This document shows positions 26,208 to 33,984 of a stretch of 33,984 bases of DNA, in pieces. Location: the NCBI GenBank assembly GCA_944386395.1, contig CALXAZ010000164.1, positions 1 through 33,984 of the forward strand. The letters are read 5' to 3'. The notes under the pieces were generated by a model. The model did not search any database, was not told where the DNA came from, and saw nothing but the letters and a program-made list of their open reading frames with translations. Positions within the stretch are counted from its first letter, which is position 1; every line of letters begins with the position of its first letter. The position numbers and the translations under genes were made by a program. Origin of the DNA: an uncultured Clostridia bacterium. Lineage in GTDB: Bacteria > Bacillota > Clostridia > Oscillospirales > JAAYOS01.

Positions 26208-26399
26208 GTTCAGCCCTCCCTGAAACGATATAGCTATATTTTAATACCTGCCGCCATGCTTTGCAACTAAAATTATATGATAGAATTTTGAAAACATGAT
26301 TTCCTGCATATTTCCCGACCTTTTTTGCTCTCCCGCTGCTCTATAATCAAAGGGTATCTCTATCGGAGAATAAGCAAAAGCTGGCGGAGGGGACGTAAA

Positions 26400-28733
26400 A
26401 TGAAGCAGAAAACAGGGGCTGGAAGAGTAAAAGAGAGCGCGGAGCCGATGATACTCCGGATAATCACTGAGATATACGCGCGGCCGGGGCTAAAACTGTT
26501 TGCAGAGTGTTTATTTAGAGGGATAATGGGCTTTATAATTTCACAGGCAGTTATATTTGACGAGTATTCTCCATTTGGGTTTGGGTTTGCCGCTGTGGCA
26601 GGTGGGACGGTGCAGGGGCTTGCCGGAGCGATAGGGGCGATATTGGGATATGCAAACCTGTGGAGGCTTGCAGACAGCCTGAAATACATATCGGGAAGCA
26701 TACTGATAGTTGCTGCAAACTTTGTGTTTCGGGAGACATCGATGCTGCAAAGACGGTTTTTCGCGCCGGTGGTTGCATCTGTGTCTGCGTTTTGCGTAGG
26801 CTTTGTGTTTGTGGCAGCGGGAGGATTTGCATTTAGAGATACGCTTCTTTTCTTTACAGAGATAGTGCTTGTGTTTGCATCGGCATATTTCTATAACGGA
26901 TATTTTGCCGGTACGCGAGGAGTGGACCGCGAAGAAAATGCACGCCGGGAAGTAGCCCTGCTCTGCATTATCGGGACACTGCTGATGTCGATGTCAAGGT
27001 TAAGCATAATTGCAGGAATGTCACTTGGAAGGTTTCTCGCGGTGCTGCTGGTTATGGTATCCGCTTACAGGGGAGGGATGAGCGGCGGATGTATGTCAGG
27101 AGTGGCAGCGGGAATAGCTGTTGGGATATCATCGGATGGTGCGGGCGGATTTTATGCGATGTGCTATGGAATATCCGGGCTTACGGCGGGCGTTTGCGGA
27201 GCAAAGGGACGGCTGCCACTTGCGATAGCCTTTGTGTTGACAAATGCGGCGGCGGTGCTGCTTGGAAGCGGGGACAACCTGAACACCTCTGCCCTGTACG
27301 AAACCTTTGCCGCTTCGGTAATATTTGCGATACTGCCTAAGAGGTGGATGTATGAGCTTGATATTTTCCCGGAGGTTGTTGCATCGCCGGGAGACAGGCT
27401 TGGAAGATATGTCAGGGAGAGGATAGACGGTCTTGCGGGTGCGTTTAGAGAGCTGTCTATCTCGGTGAGGGCTGCCGGGCAGAGACCAGTAAGAAATACA
27501 GAGGACATATCTGTGGTTTTTGAGAGGGCAGCAAACAAGGTGTGTAGGAAGTGTGCGTTCAGAGGGCTTTGCTGGGACAGAGATGGAGTAAACACGTATA
27601 ACGTTATGAACGATGCTGCCAGAGCAATAAAGGCAAAGGGGAAACTGTCTACCGGTGATATGCCGGCATATTTTATCTCCAGATGCCTAAAGCTTGAGGC
27701 GTTTGTCGGTGCAGTAAACGACGAGGTGAGGATATTCAGGCACCTAGAGGGGTACAGGAGCAGGCTGAAAAGCAACAGAGAGCAGATTTGCAGTCAATAT
27801 ACCGGGATAGAGGAAATGCTAAAGAGCTTTTCGGAGGAGCTTTCGGAGGGGCTGACTGAGGATATATATGCTGAAAGAAAGCTTGCAAGAATAATGAAGG
27901 TAAAAAATCTGCCTGGGAGGGCGGTGGCATGGCGAAACAGCAAAAATCAGCTCAATGTGGAGATAGAGGCGGAGGAGCTGGAAAGCGCCGATTCACTTGC
28001 AGCAGAGCTTGGAGAGGCTCTTGGAACAGAATTCAGCGAATCGGAGCGCCAGCTCTGCGCGCAGGGAGAGCGGATATTGCTCAAGGAGAGCGCGCCGATG
28101 GTGTCCAAGCTTGGTACCGCTGCGAAAAAACGCAGGGAAAGCGAGCAGAGCGGTGATTGCGGGACATACTTTAACACGCTTGACGGAGATGTATATATTA
28201 TCCTGTCAGATGGTATGGGTAGCGGAAGGGAAGCAGCGTCTGAGAGCGGCTTTGTTGTTCGCTTGATGGAAAAAATGCTGCGAGCCGGCATAAGCCCGCA
28301 AAACGCCATACCTGCTGTTTCGGCAGCAGTCAAGCTGAGAAACGAGGATGAATGTGGCTTTGCAACTGTGGATGTAATAAGGATAGACCTTTTCAGAGGA
28401 AAAGCGGACAGCTTTAAGTGCGGCGCGGCGCCGACATATATAAAGCAGGGGAAAAAGGTAGAGAGGCTTATCGGGAAAACCCTTCCTCTTGGGCTTGGAA
28501 AAGGGGAGGTGCAGCCTGATAGCAGTAGCTTTAGGTTAAAGGATGGTATGATGCTTATTGCAGTGACAGATGGGGTGTGCGATGGGTCGGACGATAGCTG
28601 GCTTGTTGAAATGATATCGGAATATGATGGAGAAGAGATAAAATCATTTGCGGAAAAGATTGTGACGGCAGCGGACCGGAGAAGCGGAGGCGCAGATGAC
28701 ATGACCGCGGCAGTTATAAGGATATCTGAATAA
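26400..28733 (+). CDS. spoIIE: Stage II sporulation protein E (membrane PP2C phosphatase)
   Basis: About 10 N-terminal TM helices, and a C-terminal PP2C domain (SGDCGTYF...ILSDGMGSGREAASES...AVTDGV...ADDMTAAVIRI). The ATG at 26400 is 8 nt after GGAGGGG; the track start at 26325 lacks an SD. Confidence 0.92.
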   Translation: MKQKTGAGRVKESAEPMILRIITEIYARPGLKLFAECLFRGIMGFIISQAVIFDEYSPFGFGFAAVAGGTVQGLAGAIGAILGYANLWRLADSLKYISGSILIVAANFVFRETSMLQRRFFAPVVASVSAFCVGFVFVAAGGFAFRDTLLFFTEIVLVFASAYFYNGYFAGTRGVDREENARREVALLCIIGTLLMSMSRLSIIAGMSLGRFLAVLLVMVSAYRGGMSGGCMSGVAAGIAVGISSDGAGGFYAMCYGISGLTAGVCGAKGRLPLAIAFVLTNAAAVLLGSGDNLNTSALYETFAASVIFAILPKRWMYELDIFPEVVASPGDRLGRYVRERIDGLAGAFRELSISVRAAGQRPVRNTEDISVVFERAANKVCRKCAFRGLCWDRDGVNTYNVMNDAARAIKAKGKLSTGDMPAYFISRCLKLEAFVGAVNDEVRIFRHLEGYRSRLKSNREQICSQYTGIEEMLKSFSEELSEGLTEDIYAERKLARIMKVKNLPGRAVAWRNSKNQLNVEIEAEELESADSLAAELGEALGTEFSESERQLCAQGERILLKESAPMVSKLGTAAKKRRESEQSGDCGTYFNTLDGDVYIILSDGMGSGREAASESGFVVRLMEKMLRAGISPQNAIPAVSAAVKLRNEDECGFATVDVIRIDLFRGKADSFKCGAAPTYIKQGKKVERLIGKTLPLGLGKGEVQPDSSSFRLKDGMMLIAVTDGVCDGSDDSWLVEMISEYDGEEIKSFAEKIVTAADRRSGGADDMTAAVIRISE

Positions 28734-28779
28734 AAGTTCCCAAAACCGGGAAATATAACCGGGCAAAGGGGGCGAAGCT

Positions 28780-29052
28780 TTGGTAAAGGGAATATCAAAA
28801 AAGGTGGTCATAGTCAGACCACCTGAAGCTGGAATGTTTGAAGAGGCAATATTCATTGTAAAGGGAGATGCTTTTTCCGGAAGCGGATTTACTGCCGAGG
28901 ACATAGTGCGAGAGGCGTGCAGGGTAGCGGGAAGCTACGACGCGGGAGGAAACGGAAAAAGGCTGATACAGAGGATACCGGCTCCGCTTTTTTCGCTATT
29001 GGGCGGTCTGGTAGTGGGAGCGGCGTGGCTCATTACGGCGCTGTTCTTTTAA
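28780..29052 (+). CDS. Hypothetical small protein with a C-terminal TM helix, downstream of spoIIE
   Basis: TTG start after AAGGGGG. KKVVIVRPPEAGMFEEAIFIVKGDAF... and C-terminal LFSLLGGLVVGAAWLITALFF. I recognise no family. Confidence 0.45.
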   Translation: MVKGISKKVVIVRPPEAGMFEEAIFIVKGDAFSGSGFTAEDIVREACRVAGSYDAGGNGKRLIQRIPAPLFSLLGGLVVGAAWLITALFF

Positions 29053-29053
29053 A

Positions 29054-29096
29054 TAAAAAAGCAAAGCGGCAAATCTTAATGCCGCTTTGCTTTTTA
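29054..29096. terminator. Bidirectional terminator between the small protein gene and pflA
   Basis: AAAAAAGCAAAGCGGCA-AATCTTAA-TGCCGCTTTGCTTTTT, a 12-bp stem. Confidence 0.9.
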
Positions 29097-29792
29097 GTAT
29101 CTGAGCATGGAGCTGAGTGTCTTGATAGTGCCTGCTGTAGCTTCCGGTGTGTCAGCAAGCGGAAAATCTATCCCAAGCTCCCTGTATTTTTCTGTACAGA
29201 GCTTCCTGAAAGGGAGAAGCTCTACCTTTTTGATACAGCTCTTACCTGATATCAGATTGTTCAACCTTTCTATATTACCTCTGTTGTCGTTCAGCCCAGG
29301 GATTATCACCTGGCGTATCCACGTATCGACGCCGTGCTCTTCAAGCATGTCAAGGAACCTGAGCGGCTTAGACATATCGCAGCCGGAAAAGGAGAGGTAT
29401 TCCTCGGGAGTGGTCATCTTGATGTCGAGCAGGACGGTGTCGCACACGTCGAGGAGCTTCCCGCGCTCGGGAAAGCAGCCGCTAGTGTCGAGACAGGTGC
29501 TGATCCCGCATTCCTGGCACATTGAGAAAAGCTCGTACACAAAATCCGATTGAAGCAGGGGCTCCCCGCCGGATACTGTGATGCCTCCGATTGAAGAAAA
29601 ATATGGGCGAAAGCGGAGCATTTTCTGAAAGATCTCCTCCGCTGTAAACTCCTCCCCCCCGGAGGCGTCCCATGTGTCGGGATTGTGGCAGCAGAGACAG
29701 CGCAGCGGGCAGCCCTGCATGAAAACAACAAATCGTACCCCGGGACCGTCCAGTGTTCCAAGCGACTGGAACGAGTGTATCCGACCTGTCAC
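29094..29792 (-). CDS. pflA: Pyruvate formate-lyase activating enzyme (radical SAM)
   Basis: [39 protein letters not shown] (CxxxCxxC). The GTG start overlaps the pflB stop (GTGA). Confidence 0.93.
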   Translation of the reverse strand: MTGRIHSFQSLGTLDGPGVRFVVFMQGCPLRCLCCHNPDTWDASGGEEFTAEEIFQKMLRFRPYFSSIGGITVSGGEPLLQSDFVYELFSMCQECGISTCLDTSGCFPERGKLLDVCDTVLLDIKMTTPEEYLSFSGCDMSKPLRFLDMLEEHGVDTWIRQVIIPGLNDNRGNIERLNNLISGKSCIKKVELLPFRKLCTEKYRELGIDFPLADTPEATAGTIKTLSSMLRY

Positions 29793-32020
29793 AGAGCCTC
29801 GTGGAAGGTACGCATAAGCACTTCCCGCTGCTGCTCGCGGGAGAGCTTGTGAAAGTTGACCGCGTAGCCTGATACCCTGATGGTGAGGTTTGGATATAGG
29901 TCGGGATTTTCATATGCCGCAAGCAGCATTTCCCTGTTGAGTACATTGACATTTATGTGGTGTGCGTTCTGAGCAAAATATCCTGAGAGGATCGACACAA
30001 GGTTGGTGATCCTTTCATCGCTGCTTTTGCCGAGGGTGTCGGGCACTATGGAGAAGGTGTTTGATATCCCATCGCGGCAGCACTCATATGGAAGCTTTGC
30101 CACCGAGTTGAGCGAGGCGAGAGCGCCGTTTTTCTCGCGGCCGTGCATTGGGTTTGCGCCGGGGGCGAATGGCTCGCCTTTCTTTCTCCCGTCCGGGGTA
30201 GAGCCCGTCTTTTTGCCATAAACAACGTTGGAGGTTATGGTAAGAACGGAAAGGGTGTGTATTGCCCCGCGATATGCCGGGGTCTTGCGGAGCTCCTCTA
30301 TCATGAGACGGAGGTTCTGCCTTGCAATATCGTCTACACGGTCATCGTCGTTTCCAAACATTGGAAAGCTGCCTACCGTGTCAAACTCTGTAATATATCC
30401 ATTTTCATCGCGTATCGGGCGTACCGTGGCATATTTAATAGCAGAAAGCGAGTCGACAAACACCGAAAGTCCGGCAACGCCAAACGCCATAAAACGCTCC
30501 ACATTTGTGTCGTGCAGAGCCATCTGGGTCTTTTCATAGGCATATTTGTCGTGCATATAGTGGATTGCGTTCATTGTGTTTACGTAGAGGCGGCACAGCC
30601 AGCTCCGATACTCGTTGAGACGGGCGCATACAGCGTCATAGTCGAGCGTCTCGGCGTCCATCACCTCGTGCTGTGGTCCGATAGCAATACCGCTTGTCAC
30701 GTCATATCCGCCGTTAAGGGCAAGCAGAAGGAGCTTTGGCAGGTTGCACCGCGCGCCGAAAAATTGCATCTGTTTGCCGATTTTCATGGCAGAGACGCAG
30801 CAGGCGATGGCATAGTCGTCGCCGTAGATTTTGCGCATGAGGTCGTCATTTTCATACTGTATGGAGTCTGTGTCGGAGGAAACTTTTGCGCAGTAGCGCT
30901 TGAAGCTCTCCGGAAGGTCTGCCGACCAGAGCACCGTGAGGTTTGGCTCGGGCGCGGGACCGAGGTTATAGAGGGTGTGCAGGAAGCGGAACGAGCTTTT
31001 GCTTACCAGCGTACGTCCATCTTCTGCCATCCCGCCGAGGCTTTCGGTTATCCACATCGGGTCGCCGCCAAAGAGCTCATTGTATTCAGGTGTGCGGAGA
31101 TGGCGCGCCATGCGGAGCTTCATAACAAAATCGTCGATTATCTCCTGCGCACCGCTTTCGTCCAGGATGCCGTTTTTCATGTCGCGCTCGATGTATATGT
31201 CGAGGAAGGTGCTTACGCGGCCAAGCGACATGGCAGCCCCGTTCTGTTCCTTGATCGAGCCGAGGTAGGCAAAATATGTCCACTGTGCAGCCTCACGTGC
31301 GTTGGATGCAGGGAGGCTTATGTCGTAGCCATACATGGCTGCCATTTCCTTGAGCTTGCCGAGGAAGTTTATCTGCTGGTAAAGCTCCTCGAGCAGCCGG
31401 ATCTTCTCCGCATCGAGATCTTCAGCCGCGATTTTTGCCTTGTCTTTCTGCTTTTCAGAGATTAGGCGGTCAATACCATAGAGAGCGGCGCGGCGGTAGT
31501 CGCCGATTATCCTTCCGCGTCCATATGCGTCGGGAAGCCCGGTAATAACAGCGCTCTTCCTTGCCTTACGCATTTCGTCGCTGTATACGCGATAAACCCC
31601 GTCGTTATGGGTAGTGCGGTACTGAAATTCGTCCTCAATCTTGTCAGAGAGCTTATAGCCATATGCCTCGCAGGCGTTTCTTGCCATGCGGATACCTCCG
31701 AATGGGTTCACCCCGCGGACAAGAGGGCTTGATGTTTGGAGCCCGACGATTATCTCGTTTTCCCGGTCGAGATAGCCGGGCTGGTAGGTAGTGAGGGAGG
31801 AGACGTGCTCGGTGTCGATGCCAAGTACCCCTCCCGCGGCACGCTCGGCGTCAAGCAGAGCGTTCAGCTTTTCCATGAGCCGGCTCGTTCTCTCTGTGGG
31901 ACCGGCAAGGAAGCTCTCGTCACCGGAATAAGGGGTAACGTTGGTAAGAATAAAGTCGCGGACGTCTATCTGTTCCTGCCAGATGCCCGGTTTAAATCCG
32001 TTCCACTGAATATGATCCAT
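29789..32020 (-). CDS. pflB: Formate C-acetyltransferase (pyruvate formate-lyase), glycyl radical enzyme
   Basis: Start [24 protein letters not shown] preceded by AAGGAGG. Active-site CC ([10 protein letters not shown]) and glycyl radical motif RVSGYAV. The 33-codon track extension has no SD and overlaps the riboswitch. Confidence 0.95.
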   Translation of the reverse strand: MDHIQWNGFKPGIWQEQIDVRDFILTNVTPYSGDESFLAGPTERTSRLMEKLNALLDAERAAGGVLGIDTEHVSSLTTYQPGYLDRENEIIVGLQTSSPLVRGVNPFGGIRMARNACEAYGYKLSDKIEDEFQYRTTHNDGVYRVYSDEMRKARKSAVITGLPDAYGRGRIIGDYRRAALYGIDRLISEKQKDKAKIAAEDLDAEKIRLLEELYQQINFLGKLKEMAAMYGYDISLPASNAREAAQWTYFAYLGSIKEQNGAAMSLGRVSTFLDIYIERDMKNGILDESGAQEIIDDFVMKLRMARHLRTPEYNELFGGDPMWITESLGGMAEDGRTLVSKSSFRFLHTLYNLGPAPEPNLTVLWSADLPESFKRYCAKVSSDTDSIQYENDDLMRKIYGDDYAIACCVSAMKIGKQMQFFGARCNLPKLLLLALNGGYDVTSGIAIGPQHEVMDAETLDYDAVCARLNEYRSWLCRLYVNTMNAIHYMHDKYAYEKTQMALHDTNVERFMAFGVAGLSVFVDSLSAIKYATVRPIRDENGYITEFDTVGSFPMFGNDDDRVDDIARQNLRLMIEELRKTPAYRGAIHTLSVLTITSNVVYGKKTGSTPDGRKKGEPFAPGANPMHGREKNGALASLNSVAKLPYECCRDGISNTFSIVPDTLGKSSDERITNLVSILSGYFAQNAHHINVNVLNREMLLAAYENPDLYPNLTIRVSGYAVNFHKLSREQQREVLMRTFHEAL

Positions 32021-32051
32021 GATGTCCTCCTTAGATCCTGTGGTTGCCCCT

Positions 32052-32156
32052 TTGAAAACAAAAAGGCAACCCTGTTTTCGGGTTGCCCAGACGGTCGGCC
32101 TTACAGTTCTATGCTCCACCGTGGTCTCCCACGAATTTCCGTCAGTTACACAGAAC
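32052..32156 (-). promoter_or_regulatory. ZTP (pfl-motif) riboswitch with an intrinsic-terminator expression platform
   Basis: Minus strand GUUCUGUGUAACUGACGGAAAUUCGUGGGAGACCACGGUGGAGCAUAGAAC...GGCCGACCGUCUGGGCA. This matches the conserved ACUGACGGAA and GCCGACCGUCUGGGC cores of known ZTP aptamers. GGGCAACCC-N7-GGGUUGCC-UUUUUGUUUU overlaps the aptamer 3' end. Confidence 0.88.
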
Positions 32157-32175
32157 GTTTTTCAATTACATTTTC

Positions 32176-32205
32176 AGTATAACCTCCATTAGGAGGTCTT
32201 GTCAA
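32176..32205 (-). promoter_or_regulatory. Sigma-A promoter of the ZTP-pflBA unit
   Basis: Minus strand TTGACA (32205-32200), 18 nt, TATACT (32181-32176). Confidence 0.6.
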
Positions 32206-32322
32206 GTGTCTTTCCTGAACAAACAATGTCCTCATATCCGGCATATTACCGTCATCCTGCAAAACCCGGATTATATATACATATCCATACGCGATTGCCG
32301 GACAATATGGATATACTGACTG

Positions 32323-32351
32323 TTGAATTCTGTAGGGCGTGCCGGTATAAT
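32323..32351 (+). promoter_or_regulatory. Sigma-A promoter of the GH3 gene
   Basis: TTGAAT (32323-32328), 17 nt, TATAAT (32346-32351). Confidence 0.6.
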
Positions 32352-32410
32352 CTGAGATGTGGAAACTATCGGAAGCCCGGATATGATTTAATTGGAAGAA
32401 GGGTATTGTG

Positions 32411-33984
32411 ATGAACAGATATACAACTTTGGAATCGCGCAGGAAGCTTGCCCGGGAGATAGCGGGAGGAAGCATAGTCCTGCTGAAAAATGATGGTATG
32501 CTGCCTCTGGCTGAGGGAGATAAGGCGGCTGTTTTTGGAAAGGGGCAGATAGACACGCTGATAGGCGGATCTGGCTCTGGGGCAACCAGCTCTGAGAGCG
32601 CGGCAAAGATCATCGACGAGCTGAAGCGTGCTGGTATCAAGACCGTGGATGCAATCGAGCAGATCTATCGTGCAGAATACGACCCGGAAAAGCTTAAAAG
32701 GCAGAGGCTCGAAATGCGGGAAAAATTTAAGGATCTTGTTGCGTCGGGTGCGATGTATGAATTTTTTGGAAAGTACCAGGCGCCGGCTGAGGAGCCTGAG
32801 ATACCGGTGGGGCTTGTGGAAGAGGCAAGGAAGGAGACCGGGGTTGCGATAATTGTAATATCGAGAAGCGCCGGAGGCGAGGAGTGTGACAGGCGGGTAA
32901 ACGGGGACTATTATCTTATCGAGTCGGAAAAAAGGCTTATCGAGCAGGTTGCCGGAAGCTTTGACAGCGTGAGCGTAATAATTAACAGCGTGGGGGCAAT
33001 AGATATTGCCTGGGTAGAAAAGTACAGATCGATACGTTCACTTCTGTATATTGCCACCCCCGGGGAGCAGGGCGCGGCGGCGCTTGCGGATATCATTACC
33101 GGCAAGCTCACCCCCTCTGGCAAGCTTGCCTCGACTATCGCATGGAGCTATGATGACTTTCCCTCGGCTGCCGACTTTAGCTTTGACAAGGACGAGCCCT
33201 TGCCAAATAGCATCCTGACATATGCCGATTATGGTCTGGATGCAGAGAAAAACGGGAGCCATGGGTTCCAAAAGAGCCCTGTTACCTTATACCGTGAGGG
33301 TATATATGTCGGATACAGGTATTTCGATACCTTCGGCAAGGGGGTACAGTATCCGTTTGGGTTTGGAAAGTCATATGCAAGGCTGAGGATAACCGATGTA
33401 TCGGTGAAGGTGGAAAAAAGCGAAATTATTGTGTCAGCCTGTGTTGAAAACCACTGCGGAAAGTATGAGGGCAGGGAAGTTGTTCAGGTGTATGCCAGCG
33501 CTCCGCAGGGCAGGTTGGAGCAGCCTTATCAGAAGCTTATAGGGTTTAAGAAGACAGAGCCTATCGCTAAGAACGGGAATACCTCTGTAGAGATACGTAT
33601 CCCCGTGCGTGAGCTTGCAAGCTACGATGAGGAGAGCGCATGTTATGTGATAGAAAAGGGCGAATATTATATAAGGGTGGGAAATTCGTCAAGGAACACC
33701 CACATAGCGGCAAAACTGACAGCAAAGTGCGATATTATCACAGAAAAGTGTAGTAATCTCCTGCAAATAAACCCAGAAAACAGGGACAAGCTGGATTTCC
33801 TGTCATCGAGGGGTGCGAGTCCTATAAGCTACGAGGGTGAGCAGGATGAGATAACCTCAGCTCCTGAGATCAGGATAGGTAAGGAAAATGTAGAAGTGTG
33901 GGAGAGTCACGGGGCAAAAGAGTGGGCGGTGAATACAAAGCAGGGGAGCACTCTCGCAGATGTAAAGAGTCACGACGTTTCCCT
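32411..33984 (+). CDS. Glycoside hydrolase family 3 protein (starts with the GH3 C-terminal sandwich domain, then an Fn3-like domain), 3' end outside the window. Not in the ORF track.
   Basis: Open frame from ATG 32411 to the window end. SIVLLKNDGMLPL, GGEECDRR...YYL, PGEQGAAALADIITGKLTPSGKLASTI, YREGIYVGYRYFDTFGKGVQYPFGFGKSY, then EVVQVYASAP...KLIGFKK. Confidence 0.88.
   Translation, partial: MNRYTTLESRRKLAREIAGGSIVLLKNDGMLPLAEGDKAAVFGKGQIDTLIGGSGSGATSSESAAKIIDELKRAGIKTVDAIEQIYRAEYDPEKLKRQRLEMREKFKDLVASGAMYEFFGKYQAPAEEPEIPVGLVEEARKETGVAIIVISRSAGGEECDRRVNGDYYLIESEKRLIEQVAGSFDSVSVIINSVGAIDIAWVEKYRSIRSLLYIATPGEQGAAALADIITGKLTPSGKLASTIAWSYDDFPSAADFSFDKDEPLPNSILTYADYGLDAEKNGSHGFQKSPVTLYREGIYVGYRYFDTFGKGVQYPFGFGKSYARLRITDVSVKVEKSEIIVSACVENHCGKYEGREVVQVYASAPQGRLEQPYQKLIGFKKTEPIAKNGNTSVEIRIPVRELASYDEESACYVIEKGEYYIRVGNSSRNTHIAAKLTAKCDIITEKCSNLLQINPENRDKLDFLSSRGASPISYEGEQDEITSAPEIRIGKENVEVWESHGAKEWAVNTKQGSTLADVKSHDVS

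Noticed and set aside
26208-26399. Spo0A boxes (TGTCGAA/TTCGACA) in the spoIIE upstream region
   Set aside because: A TATAAT at 26342-26347 is visible, but I found no convincing 0A-box match (only TTCCCGAC). There is not enough to annotate.
27947-28798. 283-aa minus-strand ORF inside spoIIE
   Set aside because: It is an S/P/A-rich shadow frame of the PP2C domain region, with no SD.
30143-31465. 440-aa plus-strand ORF
   Set aside because: It is antisense to pflB, whose identity is certain (glycyl radical motif, CC active site). No independent signals were seen.
32021-32119. 33-codon N-terminal extension of pflB given by the ORF track
   Set aside because: There is no SD at 32119. It overlaps the ZTP aptamer and terminator. 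A perfect AAGGAGG-N5-ATG at 32020 begins the conserved PFL N-terminus.

Overview
Chromosomal, mostly housekeeping segment from a spore-forming Firmicute, judged Clostridia-like from gene content. I cannot assign a species. No mobile elements, CRISPR arrays, tRNAs or rRNAs were seen. Plus-strand genes in order: ComF-family fragment, mreB, a WYL regulator, an ArsC/Spx-family protein, a DUF362 Fe-S protein, an aldo/keto reductase with an Fe-S tail, yaaL (DUF2508), a MATE efflux pump with marR, pepD-pncA-pncB (NAD salvage), a spore-morphogenesis cluster (small membrane protein, spoVM, SipL-like LysM protein, spoIVA), an acidic secreted/anchored protein, spoIIE, and a GH3-family gene that runs off the 3' end. 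Minus-strand genes: a cupin, DUF3783, trkA-trkH, a ParB/Srx-like protein, the conserved ffs(SRP RNA)-dnaX-ybaB-recR block, a CYTH protein and pflB-pflA. Four features are missing from the ORF track: a ZTP (pfl-motif) riboswitch with a terminator platform ahead of pflB, a long-form SRP RNA, the 29-aa spoVM gene, and the GH3 ORF open at the window end. The least explained stretch is 6583-6981, which reads as a self-contained promoter-to-terminator unit on the minus strand. It is GC-rich and hairpin-dense, has no convincing ORF, and matches no RNA family I can recall. Smaller oddities: three tandem hairpin repeats in the trkA-trkH spacer, a trkAH terminator placed beyond the convergent yaaL gene, and a small secreted Cys-rich gene that appears split by a -1 frameshift with an ATA at its SD-positioned start. 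All coordinates include stop codons, as in the supplied track. Several starts were moved to internal codons with better Shine-Dalgarno (SD) spacing.
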